DNA of 63,426 nt, filler included, from Polymyxa betae A26-41 (lineage: Eukaryota > Protista > Endomyxa: Phytomyxea): the NCBI GenBank assembly GCA_003693705.1. It is 5 parts of 5 records of this genome, joined end to end, with 100 filler letters (N's around TTAATTAATTAA, not from the genome) between each part and the next. Parts side by side here need not be neighbours in the genome. Positions count along the whole stretch, not along the records: positions 25,554 to 43,660 come from RBZT01000630.1; positions 43,761 to 58,724 come from RBZT01000303.1; 3 more parts are not named here. One strand, 5' to 3'. The notes under the pieces were generated by a model. The model did no database searches, was not told the DNA's origin, and saw only the letters and a list, made by a program, of their open reading frames with translations. A program made the position numbers and the translations under genes. Of the stretch, positions 38,905-51,422 are shown piece by piece (positions within the stretch are counted from its first letter, which is position 1; each line of letters opens with the position of its first letter).

Positions 38905-40480
38905 TTATTCAGGTTTCTGTTCTTCGGCAGCAGGTGGTTCAGGTTCCGTCACCGGAGGCGGCAGCGGGTCCACTTCGAACTTCAGTTTTGGTTCTTCGGG
39001 ATCGTCTTTGAACTCCTTCTGGAACGCGAGTGGCAGCGCCGGCTGCCAAGGTCGCGATAGCTGACGCTGGCCATCGCCGCAATAGATATTCACGAATGTC
39101 TATGCATGCGATTGATCAATAATTCGACCAGCGAATTAATCAGGGCGTCACCTTTGCTTTGATGATCGTCAGAGCACCCGGCCAGATCAAAGAACTAACG
39201 ACGACTATGGGATTCTGCGGCCCAGCATACGATCGAAACGACCACGGCGCGGATTCGTCTTCGGAAATTGATCGCAATGGCGGAATGGCCTGAACGAAGA
39301 TCAGAACGAATCCCCATAGCAGGACGGAATCTCCAAACCTCTTCGGGTTCTTCAGCAGGTTCGCTTTTCGCCGCCTCGTCGCTCTCCGCTTCCTGTTCTT
39401 CTTCCGATTGCTCTTTGACGAACGGCTGGATTCGTCCTTGTTTCAGCAAAGCACCATATCGATGCACCCAAGAATCCGGGCTGGTGAGCTCATTATTGGC
39501 CGGCATCTGGACATCCTCGGCTGGCGCTACTATTGGGCCGGCACCGCTGCCTTCTTCTTCCTCTTTGAGTTCGAAGACGCCTTTCGGGGCGATCGTTGTC
39601 GCCGTGCTGATTCGGGCGATCAGAGCGCGTAGGTACGCCGCTTCATTCCATCGGAAATAGGGATAGCCGCCAACCGAGGCGTTTAGATCGCCGGTTAACA
39701 GACGCCGCTTCTGGCGACAGATCCGAATCTGTTCTGGTGAGACATGGGGGAGTTTCGACCACGATCCTGAGTAATGAGCTTAAGTGGAAAGTCTCTTAGA
39801 AGGCAACCCTACCGTATGATTGTGACGCCATCACGTAGTACACGAACGCGTTGGCGCCTTGACCGTGCGTTTCGGCTCGGGTTTCGGCCGCATCGGCTGC
39901 CGGCTCGTCCAGCTCGGATGTCGTCACTTCACAGACGAAATAGGTGCCCTTCAGGGTCGAGAATAGCCCGAAGAAACGAATCGACGTCGCTGTAGGCACC
40001 TGGAACGCTTTCAGCGATATTTCCGGCAAAACGTTTAACAGATGCTACTTGAGCTGAAAGACGCTGAATCGCCAGATACAGCTTATATGTCTGTTCATCG
40101 CCTAAGGCAATACCGGCCCACTGTAGTAAGCTTGATTCACCAATGACATCCGATATAACAGCTGTTGAAGGCTCTGTAGGTTCGGCGTCGGGTGGCGACG
40201 GCGCTGGGAAGAAAGCCAGCGTCTCCTTGGACGATTTGATAACGGCTTGCCGGATCTCAGGAGTCGATCCAAATGTGAAGCCTTCGGCGAGACGTTGCGG
40301 ACGGAGACGTTCGGCTTTGGCCAGCATCGAGATCGTCTCGATGTCATCGAGGACGCGATCGGAAGGCTCGCGAAGCACCCGCTGAATGACATCGCTTAGA
40401 TGATCGTAGAGCGAGAGCGACGACGATGGAGACGTCTTCTGTAGAAAGGCCTTCGCCTCTTCGAACGACTGAAACTGCAT
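38905..40480 (-). CDS. RSPH4A: Flagellar radial spoke head protein 4/6 homolog
   Basis: AKAFL...SLYDHL, LLQWAGI, RFFG, GQGANAFVYY, RLLTGDL, YLRALIARISTAT, WVH...LLKQGR, IWPGA, NIYCGDG. Confidence 0.92.
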
Positions 40481-40866
40481 CGTCGCTCAAATGCTTGTTA
40501 ACAAGGCCGAGATACCTTGATCGAATTCGGTACCGCCCCGATCTTAGCAATGCTAAATCAAGTATTTCCTCCCCCATTCTTGTTGAGCGGATAACGGTTT
40601 TCCAAGCAAGTAAGTGTATCGGTATAGAGTTTTTGAAATGAAATGGAAACGACTAGTTTGTTGAATACAATGAAAGGCGGTTCTTTATCATCGGCACGTT
40701 CTGTTCTGGCCTTCCAGCAAAGCTTCAAATATCCAGGGACAACACCCCTTTAGAGGGATTTTAATTCGAACCTGCAATAGTTTTTGAATTCAGAATATTA
40801 GCAATAAACCTGTGAAGCTAATGAGTACTTTAGCTTTTTTATTGAAACAATCTGAAATTATAGGCT

Positions 40867-41168
40867 CTGTATAATCCATCCGGGCTTTGCAGCATAAAAC
40901 GCTTTCAAGAGATAGATTGGAAGACAATGTACCAAGATGGGATGGAGGCAATGAGAGCTCAGCGACTGTGTAATCCATCTGGGCTTTGCAGCATAAAACA
41001 CTTTCCAACAGATAGATTGGAGGACAATGCACCAAGATGGGATGGAGGCAATGAGAGCTCAGAGACTGTATAATCCATCTGGGCTTTGCAGCATAAAACA
41101 CTTTCCAACAGATAGGATGGAAGACAATGGACTAAGATGGGATGGAGGCAATGAGAGCCCGGAGACTG
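40867..41168. repeat. Three tandem copies of a 99-100 bp unit
   Basis: Units start at 40867, 40966 and 41066 (ctgtRtaatccatcYgggctttgcagcataaaac...gatgggatggaggcaatgagagc). Confidence 0.95.
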
Positions 41169-41219
41169 GCTGGGTGCAACCTCCTACAGCCCGGGGCTTC
41201 CAGCAGACCATCGTCTCTC

Positions 41220-42409
41220 ATGGACCAGCGGTCGAAGGCTTCCAGGGATCTGGCCGCCTACATAGAGAAGCGTGATGCGGCTCTGGCCAGGGCCCGGCAG
41301 CTCCGTCTCCTGAAGCAAATGGGCAACGACGATCGGTCCGAGGAGCCCCGCCTGAAACCTATCCAGACGTTGAATTCATACAGCGACCAGAAGAAATCCG
41401 ATATTGATGATGTTTATTCCCGTTTAAACGAGCTGGAAAACAAGTTCGTTTATTTCGTTTGAAATTTCAAAAAAGTTGATGGCTGTTTTTAGCTACAGGT
41501 CTATGAAAAGCGAGAACACACGATTGCAGCAGACTGTGCAGAAACTAAATCAGAAAGTGAACAGTTTAGAACAACAGTTGAAAGGGTCGACCACATCGTT
41601 ATCGTCGACTTTGTCTGCTGAAGGATACGAGCCGCCATCGAGCTCGAGGAAGTTATCAGGTTGGAAGGCGCGCAACTCGTCTCCACCTCCGATGGATTTC
41701 ACGATCGATCCACCGAACGACGATTCGCCGGGTTTCACCACACCGCCTCAAACCAGGCGCTCGGCTAGGCCTGCCCGAACAGTGGTGGCTGAGCCGTCAC
41801 CGGTCGCCAACAAACCATCAGCGCGTTCTTCGTTTGACGATTTTCCAATTTCTCCTGCTGGAGAGTCATCTGCTAATAAGTCAGTATGGTATCTGCTCAT
41901 GATCGGTAGCTAATGTATTGTAGATTCGAGCAGAGCGCCATACAGGACCGCCCGGAGCCGTTGTTTCCGTGCGGGACCTGCGGCCGACGCTTCCGAGCCG
42001 AGTCGTTGCAGAAGCACACCGTCAATTGCGTTAAAGTGTTTCAGACGAAACGAAAAGAATTCAAGGTCGAAGTTCTGAATGAAGATGATGCCAAAGAGCT
42101 CAAGCAGGTGTATCGGACATCACAACCTTCTCCTGCCAAGAAAGGCATTCCCAAATGGCGCCAAGATCGTGCTAGGGTAATTATTTTTTTGAAATGAGTT
42201 CGTTCGCTTCAATTGCTATATATCAGCTACGATCAACATTGCTTGCTGGATCGAGTAATGGCGCTAAGGAAGTTGTACAAGATATGCGTGTTACCTGCCC
42301 GCATTGTTCCCGAAAGTTTGACGAATCTGCCGCAGACAGGCATATTCCGAAATGCAAGAACGTGGTCAACAAGCCGGCTATGCTGCTAAGAAAACCGACC
42401 AGATTTTAA
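41220..42409 (+). CDS. C2HC zinc-finger protein (ZC2HC1-like) with N-terminal coiled coil
   Basis: CGTCGRRF...LQKHTVNC, PKWR, CPHCSRKF...AADRHIPKC; three short introns. Confidence 0.85.
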
Positions 42410-42426
42410 TCCAGTTTAAAGTAAAG

Positions 42427-43238
42427 TTACGCTGCAGTCAATTGATCGTGCCCAGCTTCAGCTTTACCGGCAGATGCCTCTGCATCAGAATTGTGTCTGC
42501 GACGCTTTCTTCGCGTCTTTTTCACTTTCTCTGTGTTGTCGGGGGCTGTAGGTGTATTTGGCTCCTCCTTTCTCTTCCTTTTCTTGCATGACAACGGGTT
42601 AGGCTCCTTCCGCTTCCTTTTTTTTCTCATTGATGAATTCGCTTCGACGGTTTCTTCAATGCCCAAGGCCTTTTTCTCCCATTGCGATGGTTGCAAAGCC
42701 AATGCTTCTTGTTCTTTAGCAGTGCCCTTCGCCATGCTCGCCGGTTCTTCCAAGATCGGAACCTGACCCATGATATAGAAAATCGGAACTGAATGCATCT
42801 GGAAACGGATTCTAGCTCGTAGATTGATATCCTGAACTCCAGCACAAGCTCCGGTTCCGAGATTTTTGTCTTTCAGAACTGCAGCAATACATTCGCTTTC
42901 GGGTATTGGCTTACCATGGCCACATGGGATGCGATCGAATCGTTTCGCAATCATTTGGGATCCAGAGTAGTGGTCTCCTTTCAATTTCAATGCTGCAAAC
43001 TTTTTAACATTTCAAAAAATAAGAGCAATCAATTACCGTGAATTGTGCATCCTGTAACTCGAGGGTAGCATCTATCCTGGAGAATTTTGGGTATTTGCTC
43101 TTTAATGTGGATTTTGCCGTTCAGGGCTGATTGGATAAATTCCGAATCAGTAACTAAAGTGTAAGGCCCCTCGAAGTGATAGTGAACTTTATAGAATCGT
43201 AATATACGCCGGAATCGTTTATGACGATTCAACTTCAT
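42427..43238 (-). CDS. UTP23: rRNA-processing protein UTP23 (PIN fold)
   Basis: MKLNRHKRFRRILRFY...FEGPY, VTGC, CGH...ECI, QD..LR, VP, EPNPLSCKKRK; one intron. Confidence 0.92.
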
Positions 43239-43660
43239 AGTAACGGTTTTCTAGATAATGAGAACTTGCAATCCAGCTGCTTGCAGAGACTTCCCAAGGC
43301 TAAACTTCAGGTTGGGTCGCGAAACATTCGGACTCCGTGGCGGGAAATCTGAATACTCGAGATTGATTGGATCAGACATACGCGTGCAATTAAAAATGGT
43401 ACACTTGAAAAAGGTAGACAGGCAGAAGGTAGACAGGCAGAGAAATGCGAGGGTGTCTACCTCCTCCTGTCTACCTTTTTAATGGAGGGCTACAGAATTA
43501 GGTAGACAGGCTTGGCACTGGCGCAAAAACCCTAGGTAGACAGGCTGAGCGCAGCCTCCCGATAATTGTATGGTGGGCTGCCCTTGTCACGGCGGGCTGC
43601 GCAAGTACTGTAGGCACTAGGAAACTATAGCATCCTGCGCTAGTCATCTATCGAAGTTAG

Positions 43661-43760
43661 NNNNNNNNNNNNNNNNNNNNNNNNNNNNNNNNNNNNNNNN
43701 NNNNTTAATTAATTAANNNNNNNNNNNNNNNNNNNNNNNNNNNNNNNNNNNNNNNNNNNN
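43661..43760. other. Artificial contig spacer
   Basis: 44 N + TTAATTAATTAA + 44 N. Confidence 0.97.
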
Positions 43761-43975
43761 GTTGCCCGCGCTTTTCTGACTGAAAGCTACCGGAAGACGA
43801 TATTTTCTCCAAAGACGCCAGGTTCAGAGTGCAGCATTGGGTCACGAGGAATCACGCTTGTAATCGTCGCGTTGATCAAGTATGGCTGATCTCATGACTT
43901 TAAAGTAAAGATTGGGCGTGCTCCTGGAGCTGTGAATTTTTCAATTGAAAATTTCAACACGCTGAACATGTTCGT

Positions 43976-44600
43976 ATGAAATATAAAGCGATTGGAGCAG
44001 AAGAGTGGGAACTAGTCGTTATGGAATATCACAAAGCCCCCGGCCAGTCTCGTTCTGGAGAAGCCCTCAAGAAAAAATTTAGAGAGCTTCGTGACAAAAA
44101 AGGTGCCTTCTGGAGACCCCAACTGTCCCCCTCACATCTGCGATGCCAAAAGGTTCCAAAGGATGATAAACGAGCGAGTGATGATAAACACCTCCATGCC
44201 AGAGCAGGATCCTGCATGCGAGGAGGACCAGCCAGCAGTCAGCTTCAATACTTGCTCATACGAGAGCAACAGCGACGAGAAGTTCGTCCATTCAGCAGGA
44301 ACGCCATCCGCCTCAAAACAAGACAACAAACCTTTATCACGTACCGGCTGTGCGAGTCAGATAAGAACTCCAAGCAATGGGCTGTCAGAGGTGCCATTGC
44401 GCATGAAGCGCAAGCTGCCTGATAACCGCGACGGCGAGGACCGAATTCTCACGGTAATGAAAAAGGAGGCGGATGAACGCCGTGAATCAAAAGCCCGGCG
44501 AGAAGAACGACGGGCAGCCCATGCCTTTATCGACCGAGAGGAGCGTCGTGTGGAAGCAAAACAACGTCACGCAGAATTCATTACGCTGTCGCTGTCCTGA
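43976..44600 (+). pseudogene. Myb/SANT-like (DUF6818-type) protein, frameshifted; probably a Harbinger-type accessory gene
   Basis: EWELV..EY...RSGEALKKKF..L then (frameshift) KVPSGDPNCPPHICDAK, with a charged coiled-coil tail. Confidence 0.6.
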
Positions 44601-45655
44601 TAAAAAAGAACTAGGTCCTGGGGCGGTACATTTTGTTTTTTTTTTATAAAATCGAAGGGTTATATGTTTTTATTCTTAAAATAGAAATCTAGAAAGGGTC
44701 CTTGGGGCTGATTCTAGATCCTAAATTTACGACGACTCGGTCCAAATTTTTATACTGTGAGACTGTCTGCGAATTTGCGCCGATTGAGTCAAGGAATTCC
44801 TAGATTGAATTTCAGGAACCGTCCAGTGTTCAACAAACTTTCAATTTCGGAGAGGGGACTGCCTTTGTAAGAGCATCAGCGGCCATTCTCTCTGTTTGGC
44901 AATATTTGATGACAATTGAGCCCTGTAGTACATGGTCGCGAATATGGTGACACTTAATATCAATATAATTAGATCGCTTTTCTGTTCTGCAGGGCTTGGT
45001 CAGAGCAATACATCCCTGGTTATCCTCGAATATTGTTGTAGGCGTTTTGCACTGGAAGTGGAATTCGCTGAAAATGTTTCGAAGCCATATTGCATCACGT
45101 GCCGCTTCAGAAAGGGAAATATACTCTGCTTCAGTTGTAGAGCAAGCGACAGGAGTCTGTTTCGAACTTCTCCATAAAACTTCTGCAGAACCGATTTGAA
45201 GGCGTAACCAGAAGTAGAGCGTCGTTTTTCGGGATCGTTGCCCAGCCGCTATCAGCATAACGTTCAAGATTGTAGTCCGATCGAGGAAGAGTTTTGCTGT
45301 ATGACACGCAAATGGAACTAGTACCTTTCAAAAACTTTAGCACACGTTTTGTAGCTGACCTATGCTCCGATGATAGCTGTTACAAAATCGGCTGAGATGT
45401 GAAACAGATGAGGATATATCTGGTCGAGTACACGTTGCGATCCAGTTCAATGCACCGACGAGTTCACGATATGGGATATTCGCCGTATTAACAGATGATT
45501 CTGCGGGCATTAGAAAAACTCCTGGATGCGCGTGGGTTTTGAAAGATTTGCAATCAACCCGATCGAATTTCTCTAGAAGTTCGTTGATATAAGTTGATAT
45601 AAGTTTGCAGGTCGATGGAAATATATGATTTCGTTTCGGTAATACGCATTCCAAG

Positions 45656-47380
45656 CAGGGATTGGGAATAATCGAGTCCTTATTTATTCCACTGGTCCGC
45701 CTGCAGGAATAAATTATTCATCGGGTCGTCTTCTGAGGAAAGAATTATTCCTATTCTAGATTGGCTGGGAATAAATAATTCCGGAATAAGGAATTAATCC
45801 CGTACTGAAACCTTAAGCATTACGGATGCTGTGGCGGCATTACATCGCTGTATTCATTGACCCCACGATGTCTTCGAATGAACCTCAGCAGAACGGCTCG
45901 GCAATGGCGAATCTGTCTTCGAAGGAATCGGTCGCAAAGTTTTTTGCGGAAACAGAGGACGGAAACTGGAAGTGTCGCTGCAATTTTTGCGAGAAAACAA
46001 ACGCAAGGTTGCACAGCAAGCTCCAGCCGATTTCTGCAATAGCTTTAAAGGAATGCATGTCTAACCTTACATTCTTGGTCGAAGAGAAAATCAAGATTCT
46101 ACCCGAAAAGGTTGCTATCATCTTTGACGGCTGGACTGACGCCTCCACGCATTATTTAGCAGTGTTTGCTGTTTTCACTGATGCCACCAAGCAGTCGGGT
46201 TTCGAGAAGGTGTTGCTTTCTTTTGCGCCCTTAATCCACGACGAAGACCTTTTTGCAGATTCTCATCATGAGACGATCTATGATATCTTGAAAAGTTTTG
46301 AAAAAGGTTCCTCTAATGTTGCTTGCATCATCGGGGATAACTGCTCCGTTAACCAGAGCCTCGCTCGATAATGCCGGTGCTACATTAGGGTGTGCTAACC
46401 ATAGACTAAATTTGGGAGTGCAGAATTACTGGGTTACTTCTCTCAACTGTTAACCCGTATTCGCGACATCATGATCTGTCTGCGAACTGTGGAGAACCGG
46501 GCAGCATTGCGTAAAGTGACACATCTTTCCCCTATTATCGATAACGTCACAGGTGGTCCACCCAATATGAATTGATGAACCGTTACGTATCGTTGTGTGA
46601 GCATATCACCGATATCATTCCGGTCCTTATGCAGCTTTCTCCATCCGAGATAGCAGCCGTCTGAGAACTGCTATCTAAACTAAACCAGCTGGAAGCACTT
46701 AGGAAGTTTACGCAGTCTGAAGAACGTCAGATATTCGAGGTTCGAATCGCCTTCGATGAGGCAGTCAACCTGTTCGAGGCTTTGGAAGATCATAACTCCG
46801 ATTAGTCAGAAATCATTTGTGATCACAGGTTTGAATCAGGTTTGAATCTCCAGTTTGCAAAATCCAGCAGCATCAGATTCTGGGCGAACCTCTCAAACGC
46901 TCACCTGCTGAAGCCAAAATGGTCAAGCATCTAAAAAACAACAAATCAAAGCCCCGGAGAAGTCGATCATCGAAGATACCGCTGAAGTGGACGAAATGGA
47001 GGTTATTCTCGGCAAGGCCAAGCACACGAAGATCCAGGCCGAGTCACAGTATGTCGACCTAAGGTTCATCCGCCCCACCAGCAACATCTGTGAACGCCTG
47101 CTCAGTGTTTCAAAGATGGCTCAACCCAATACCCGAAAGCGGCTACTTCCTTCGAGCTTGGAGATGCAACTGTTCCTGAAATTCAACCGTCATATGTGGG
47201 ATATAAATCTCCTTGAAACCAGTATGGAATAACTGGAATTATTCCTGCTCTATTAATGAATAATTCATTTAAGGAATAAAGTAGGCCCAAGATATTCCTT
47301 TCAATGTTGATCGGATTAAATAATTTCCAGTCGGAATAAGGAATTCTTCATTACTAACACTCAATTATTTCGAATCCCTG
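45656..47380 (+). mobile_element. hAT DNA transposon copy 1 (1725 bp, defective)
   Basis: TIR CAGGGATT...AATCCCTG; transposase motifs DGWT, GDNCSVN, CANHRLNL, PTSNICER; decayed target duplication (ATTCCAAG left; ATTTCAAA right, offset by 1 nt). Confidence 0.9.
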
Positions 47381-49517
47381 AATTTCAAATTCATTTTTTA
47401 GGAGCGCCGAGATCTATTATTGGAAATTTCTCAGCAAATCGCTCTAGCATCTGATTGAGATCCTTATTATCGTTGTATGCAATGAATATATCGTCAGTTG
47501 ATAAGGCCATGATCATAAGTAAATCTGGAGCCAGATTTCCTACTATGAACACATGGATCAGAATTGAGACGTGTGAATATAAAAGTTGAGACGATGAAGC
47601 TCTTGATAGTGGTTTTCCATATTATTCCAGTCAGTTTTAGACCGTACAGGCTTTTCCGAAGACGACGTACGTAATTTTGGTCAAGCTCGGTGAGATATTT
47701 TGGTTGCTTCATCTATATCTCCTCTTCTAGAGCTGCCTGTAAGAAAGCGCCAATAACGTCAATTTGCCGTAGTTTTAGGTCATGCGCTGCGGCAAAAACG
47801 CGATGATAAGACGAACAGATGATAAGTGGGCAACACGAAAATGTTTCGTTGAAATCAACGCCGGGACGTTGTGAAAATCCTTAATGACGTTTCGGGCCTT
47901 GAATTTCTCGATACTGCCGTCTTCCTTACATTTTTGCTTGAAACCCCACTTGTTTGTGATCGCAATGCGTCCAGGTGGTAATTTGCATATTTCCCAGGTA
48001 TTGCTGTTGACCAGGTTCTGGTACTCCTGATTGATAGCCTCTTTCCAACAATCAATGAAGGGGTAGGATGGATCAATTGCTTGGGAAAACGTTGAGGGAA
48101 TTTCAATATCACTTGCCTGGATGGATTTTAAGTCTGGTGTTAGGACACAAGTATTGGCTTGGGAAACGGAGTTTCGTTTTTTTATCCGCTCCGATCGTCT
48201 GAGGGGATGCACGTCCTTGACCGTGCGTTGCTGTTGTCGATTTTCTTGGACGTCGGGTTTCGTTGGAGTATCAACATCTATCTGCAATGGAATCGTGATA
48301 TGCTCACTGTCTTCAGAGAGCTCTTGAGCGTCACAGAGCTGGGTTTCTGCAAACCTGACGTCTGAATATCTACGTACCATAGTCCGCTGCGAGAGAAGGT
48401 CCCAGAACCAATATCCTTTCTGATTCGCTGTGTATCCGACGAAGATGCATTTCTTGGATCTTGGCTGGAGTTTCCGATGCAGCTGGTAGAATATGAACGA
48501 ATGCGATACATCCGATCAATCGCAAGTGCTGCTGATCCGGAGTTTGATCTGTCCAGGCTTCAAAAGGGCCTCAATAATCCATTAGTGCGGAGTGCGGACA
48601 TCGGTTGATGAGGTTTACTGCTATACTCACTGCAAAAGCCCAGAATGATTGATCGAGTCTCGCTTGAATACGCATTGATTCCTCAGAATCGGAGATCGTT
48701 CTGTTGAGTCGTTCAATCATCCCGATCTGTTCAGGCTGATACGAGGTACAGGTTCGATGAAAAATTCCCGGTTAGAAATTTTCTTTCTGACAATCTCGGG
48801 ATGTATACTCCCCACCATTGTCGCATTGGAATTGCTGGATGGAGTAACCTTTCGATCGAAACCAATTGTTTTCAAAAGTAACATAATTCTTGATCTTATT
48901 GATAGCTTCTCCTTTGGTGCGTAGGAAGTAAACAACAACGTATCTAGAGTGCTGATCCATGAAGGAGATGTAGTATCGGTAATCATTCGAAATACTGTTG
49001 ACTGGAAATAGACCTGCAATATCGCAGTGGAGTATTTGGGGTGGTAGAGTGGAGAGAGTTTCGGAACTGTCCCTTTTGGCATCTTTCCCATTATACATCC
49101 ATTACATGGTATGTTACTGCTCAACGATAGCCCTGGAATCATTCGATTAATGTCTGCCGGATTGAGATGTCCGAGGCGTTGATGCCAGAGCCAGTAGTCG
49201 GATGCTGTATAGGAAGCCTGAAAAGATTGATGGGGAATAGGATCGTGGTTAGATATTGTGAAGAGATTTTGTTCATTCCTTTTGTTGAATGCTATTGACC
49301 TTCCGGATTTGGTTATGATTTGGCACATATCAAAGTCCATTCTGATAATAAGACCTGAATCAATACAAAATTGGGTGATCGATAGCAGATTGTGTCCCAA
49401 ACCAGGCACATAAAGGACATTTTTCAGCTGGATCGCCTTGTTTTCTAAATATTATCGTAGATTGACCAGTGGCTTCAGCGTAGATGGAATCGGTATTTGC
49501 TACTTGGACCTTAGGAC

Positions 49518-51422
49518 CAGGGATTGGGAATAATGTAGTCCAAATTTGTTCCTCTGAAATTCCGACAGGAATACTTTATTCCTAACCGGATCTTTTGAGG
49601 AAAGAATTATTCCTATTCTGGGCTGTCAGGGACTAAATTATTCCCTAATAAAGAATAAATTTGTAACAAAATCTGAGGGTTCCCGCAAACACTGTGGCGG
49701 ACCCCTGTCTCTCTAATTCTCTTGTCATTGAACCTTGATGCCGTCGAATGGATCGCAGGAGGGTCCTGATATGGCGAAGCTCTCTTCGAAGGATTTGTTC
49801 GCCAAGTACTTCACGGAAGTAGAGGATGGTATCTGGAAATGTCGTTGCGGCAAGGCTCGTAAGAAAGGCCGGAGATGGCAAAATCTGTTGGATCATATGA
49901 CACTGGAACATCAAGGCTCAATGGAACAAGCAATGTCTGCTTCTCAGCTTTCCCTTTCGGCTTTCTTTCGCAAAAATGACACACATGTTTTTAACTGGCT
50001 TACGTGGATTGTAGAGGGTCTTTCCTTTTGATTTTTGCGAAAAATCAAACGCAAGGATGCACAGCAAACTGCAACCGATTACGACAACTACGCTCACAGA
50101 ATGCATGTCAAAGCTCACTTACCTGGACGAAGAAACAATCAAAAAAATTTTGCCTGATACGTTTGCTATTATTATTGATGGGTGGACTGAGGCTTCTACA
50201 CATTATTTGGCTGTATTTGCTGTCTTCACAGACGCCTCAAACAAATCTGGTTTCGAAAAGGCCCTACTTTTTTCATTCGCTCCTTTAATCCACGATGAAG
50301 ATCTTTCTGCAGACTCTCATCACCAGACAATCTAAGAGATCTTGAAAACATTCGGAAAAGATTTCGTCATTGTCGCTTGTATCATCGGCGACAACTGCTC
50401 CGTTAATCAAAGCCTCGCTGTCAAATGCCAAACCTACATGGTGGGATGCGCCAGTCATAGGCTCAACTTGGTGGTGCAAAAATTTCTGAGTTCATACTCA
50501 GATATCATCACCAGCGTTCGTGAAACTATGATTGCTTTGCGGAAAGTAAAAAATCGGGCTGCATTACGTAAGCCGACCAACCTTGCTCCTGTTATAGATA
50601 ACGCCACCAGATGGTCCTCAAAATTTGAAATGCTGAGACGTTACTCGTTAATAAAGGAGCATATCGGCGATATAATCCCGGTTCATATGCTGCTCTCCCC
50701 TGCCACCAATGCAACTGTTCATGAGCTGTTATCGAAACTAAGCCAACTGAATGCTCTTACAAAATTTACTCAGTCAGAGGAACGACAAATGTATGAGGTT
50801 CGCGTCGCCTTCGATGAAGCCATCAAGCTCTTTGACTGTTTGAAGGAGCTTTGCTCGGATGTTTCTGCAATTGTCTGCGACGCTCTTTTTGAATCCGCTG
50901 TTTGCAAAATCCAGCACCATCATTTTCACGGCGAGCCGCTTAAACTCACATCGAGAGAGGGCTCCACGGTTCAGCAATTAAAGAAGCAAGAAAACGTTGC
51001 GCCAGGCCAGTCAATTCCCGATGACGAGATAGACAAATGGAGGCCATTCTGCGCAAAGCCAAGCGCACCAAAGTTGAAGCTGTTTCTCTGTATATAGACT
51101 TAAATTCATTCGCCCCACTAGCAACATCTGTGAACGCCGGTTCAGCATCTCTAAGCTGGCTCTACCTGATTCCAGGAAACGGTTACTCCCTTGGAATTTG
51201 GAAATGCAGCTGTTCCTGAAACTGAACCGCAATTTATGGGATATTGAGCTCCTAAATACTGATATGGAATAATCAGGAATAATTTCCCTGGTTCCGCAGA
51301 ATAACTCCTCACAAACAATAAAATAGTTTTAGTTAATCCTTTCGAGAACGCGTCGGAATAAATAGTTCTCAGTTGGAATAAGGACTAATTCATTACTGAC
51401 ACTCAAAAATACCCAATCCCTG
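49518..51422 (+). mobile_element. hAT DNA transposon copy 2 (1905 bp, defective)
   Basis: 11-bp TIR CAGGGATTGGG/CCCAATCCCTG; 8-bp TSD CTTAGGAC/CTTATGAC; BED-like CRC..H...H, DGWT, GDNC, CASHRLNL, TRWSS, PTSNICER. Confidence 0.95.
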
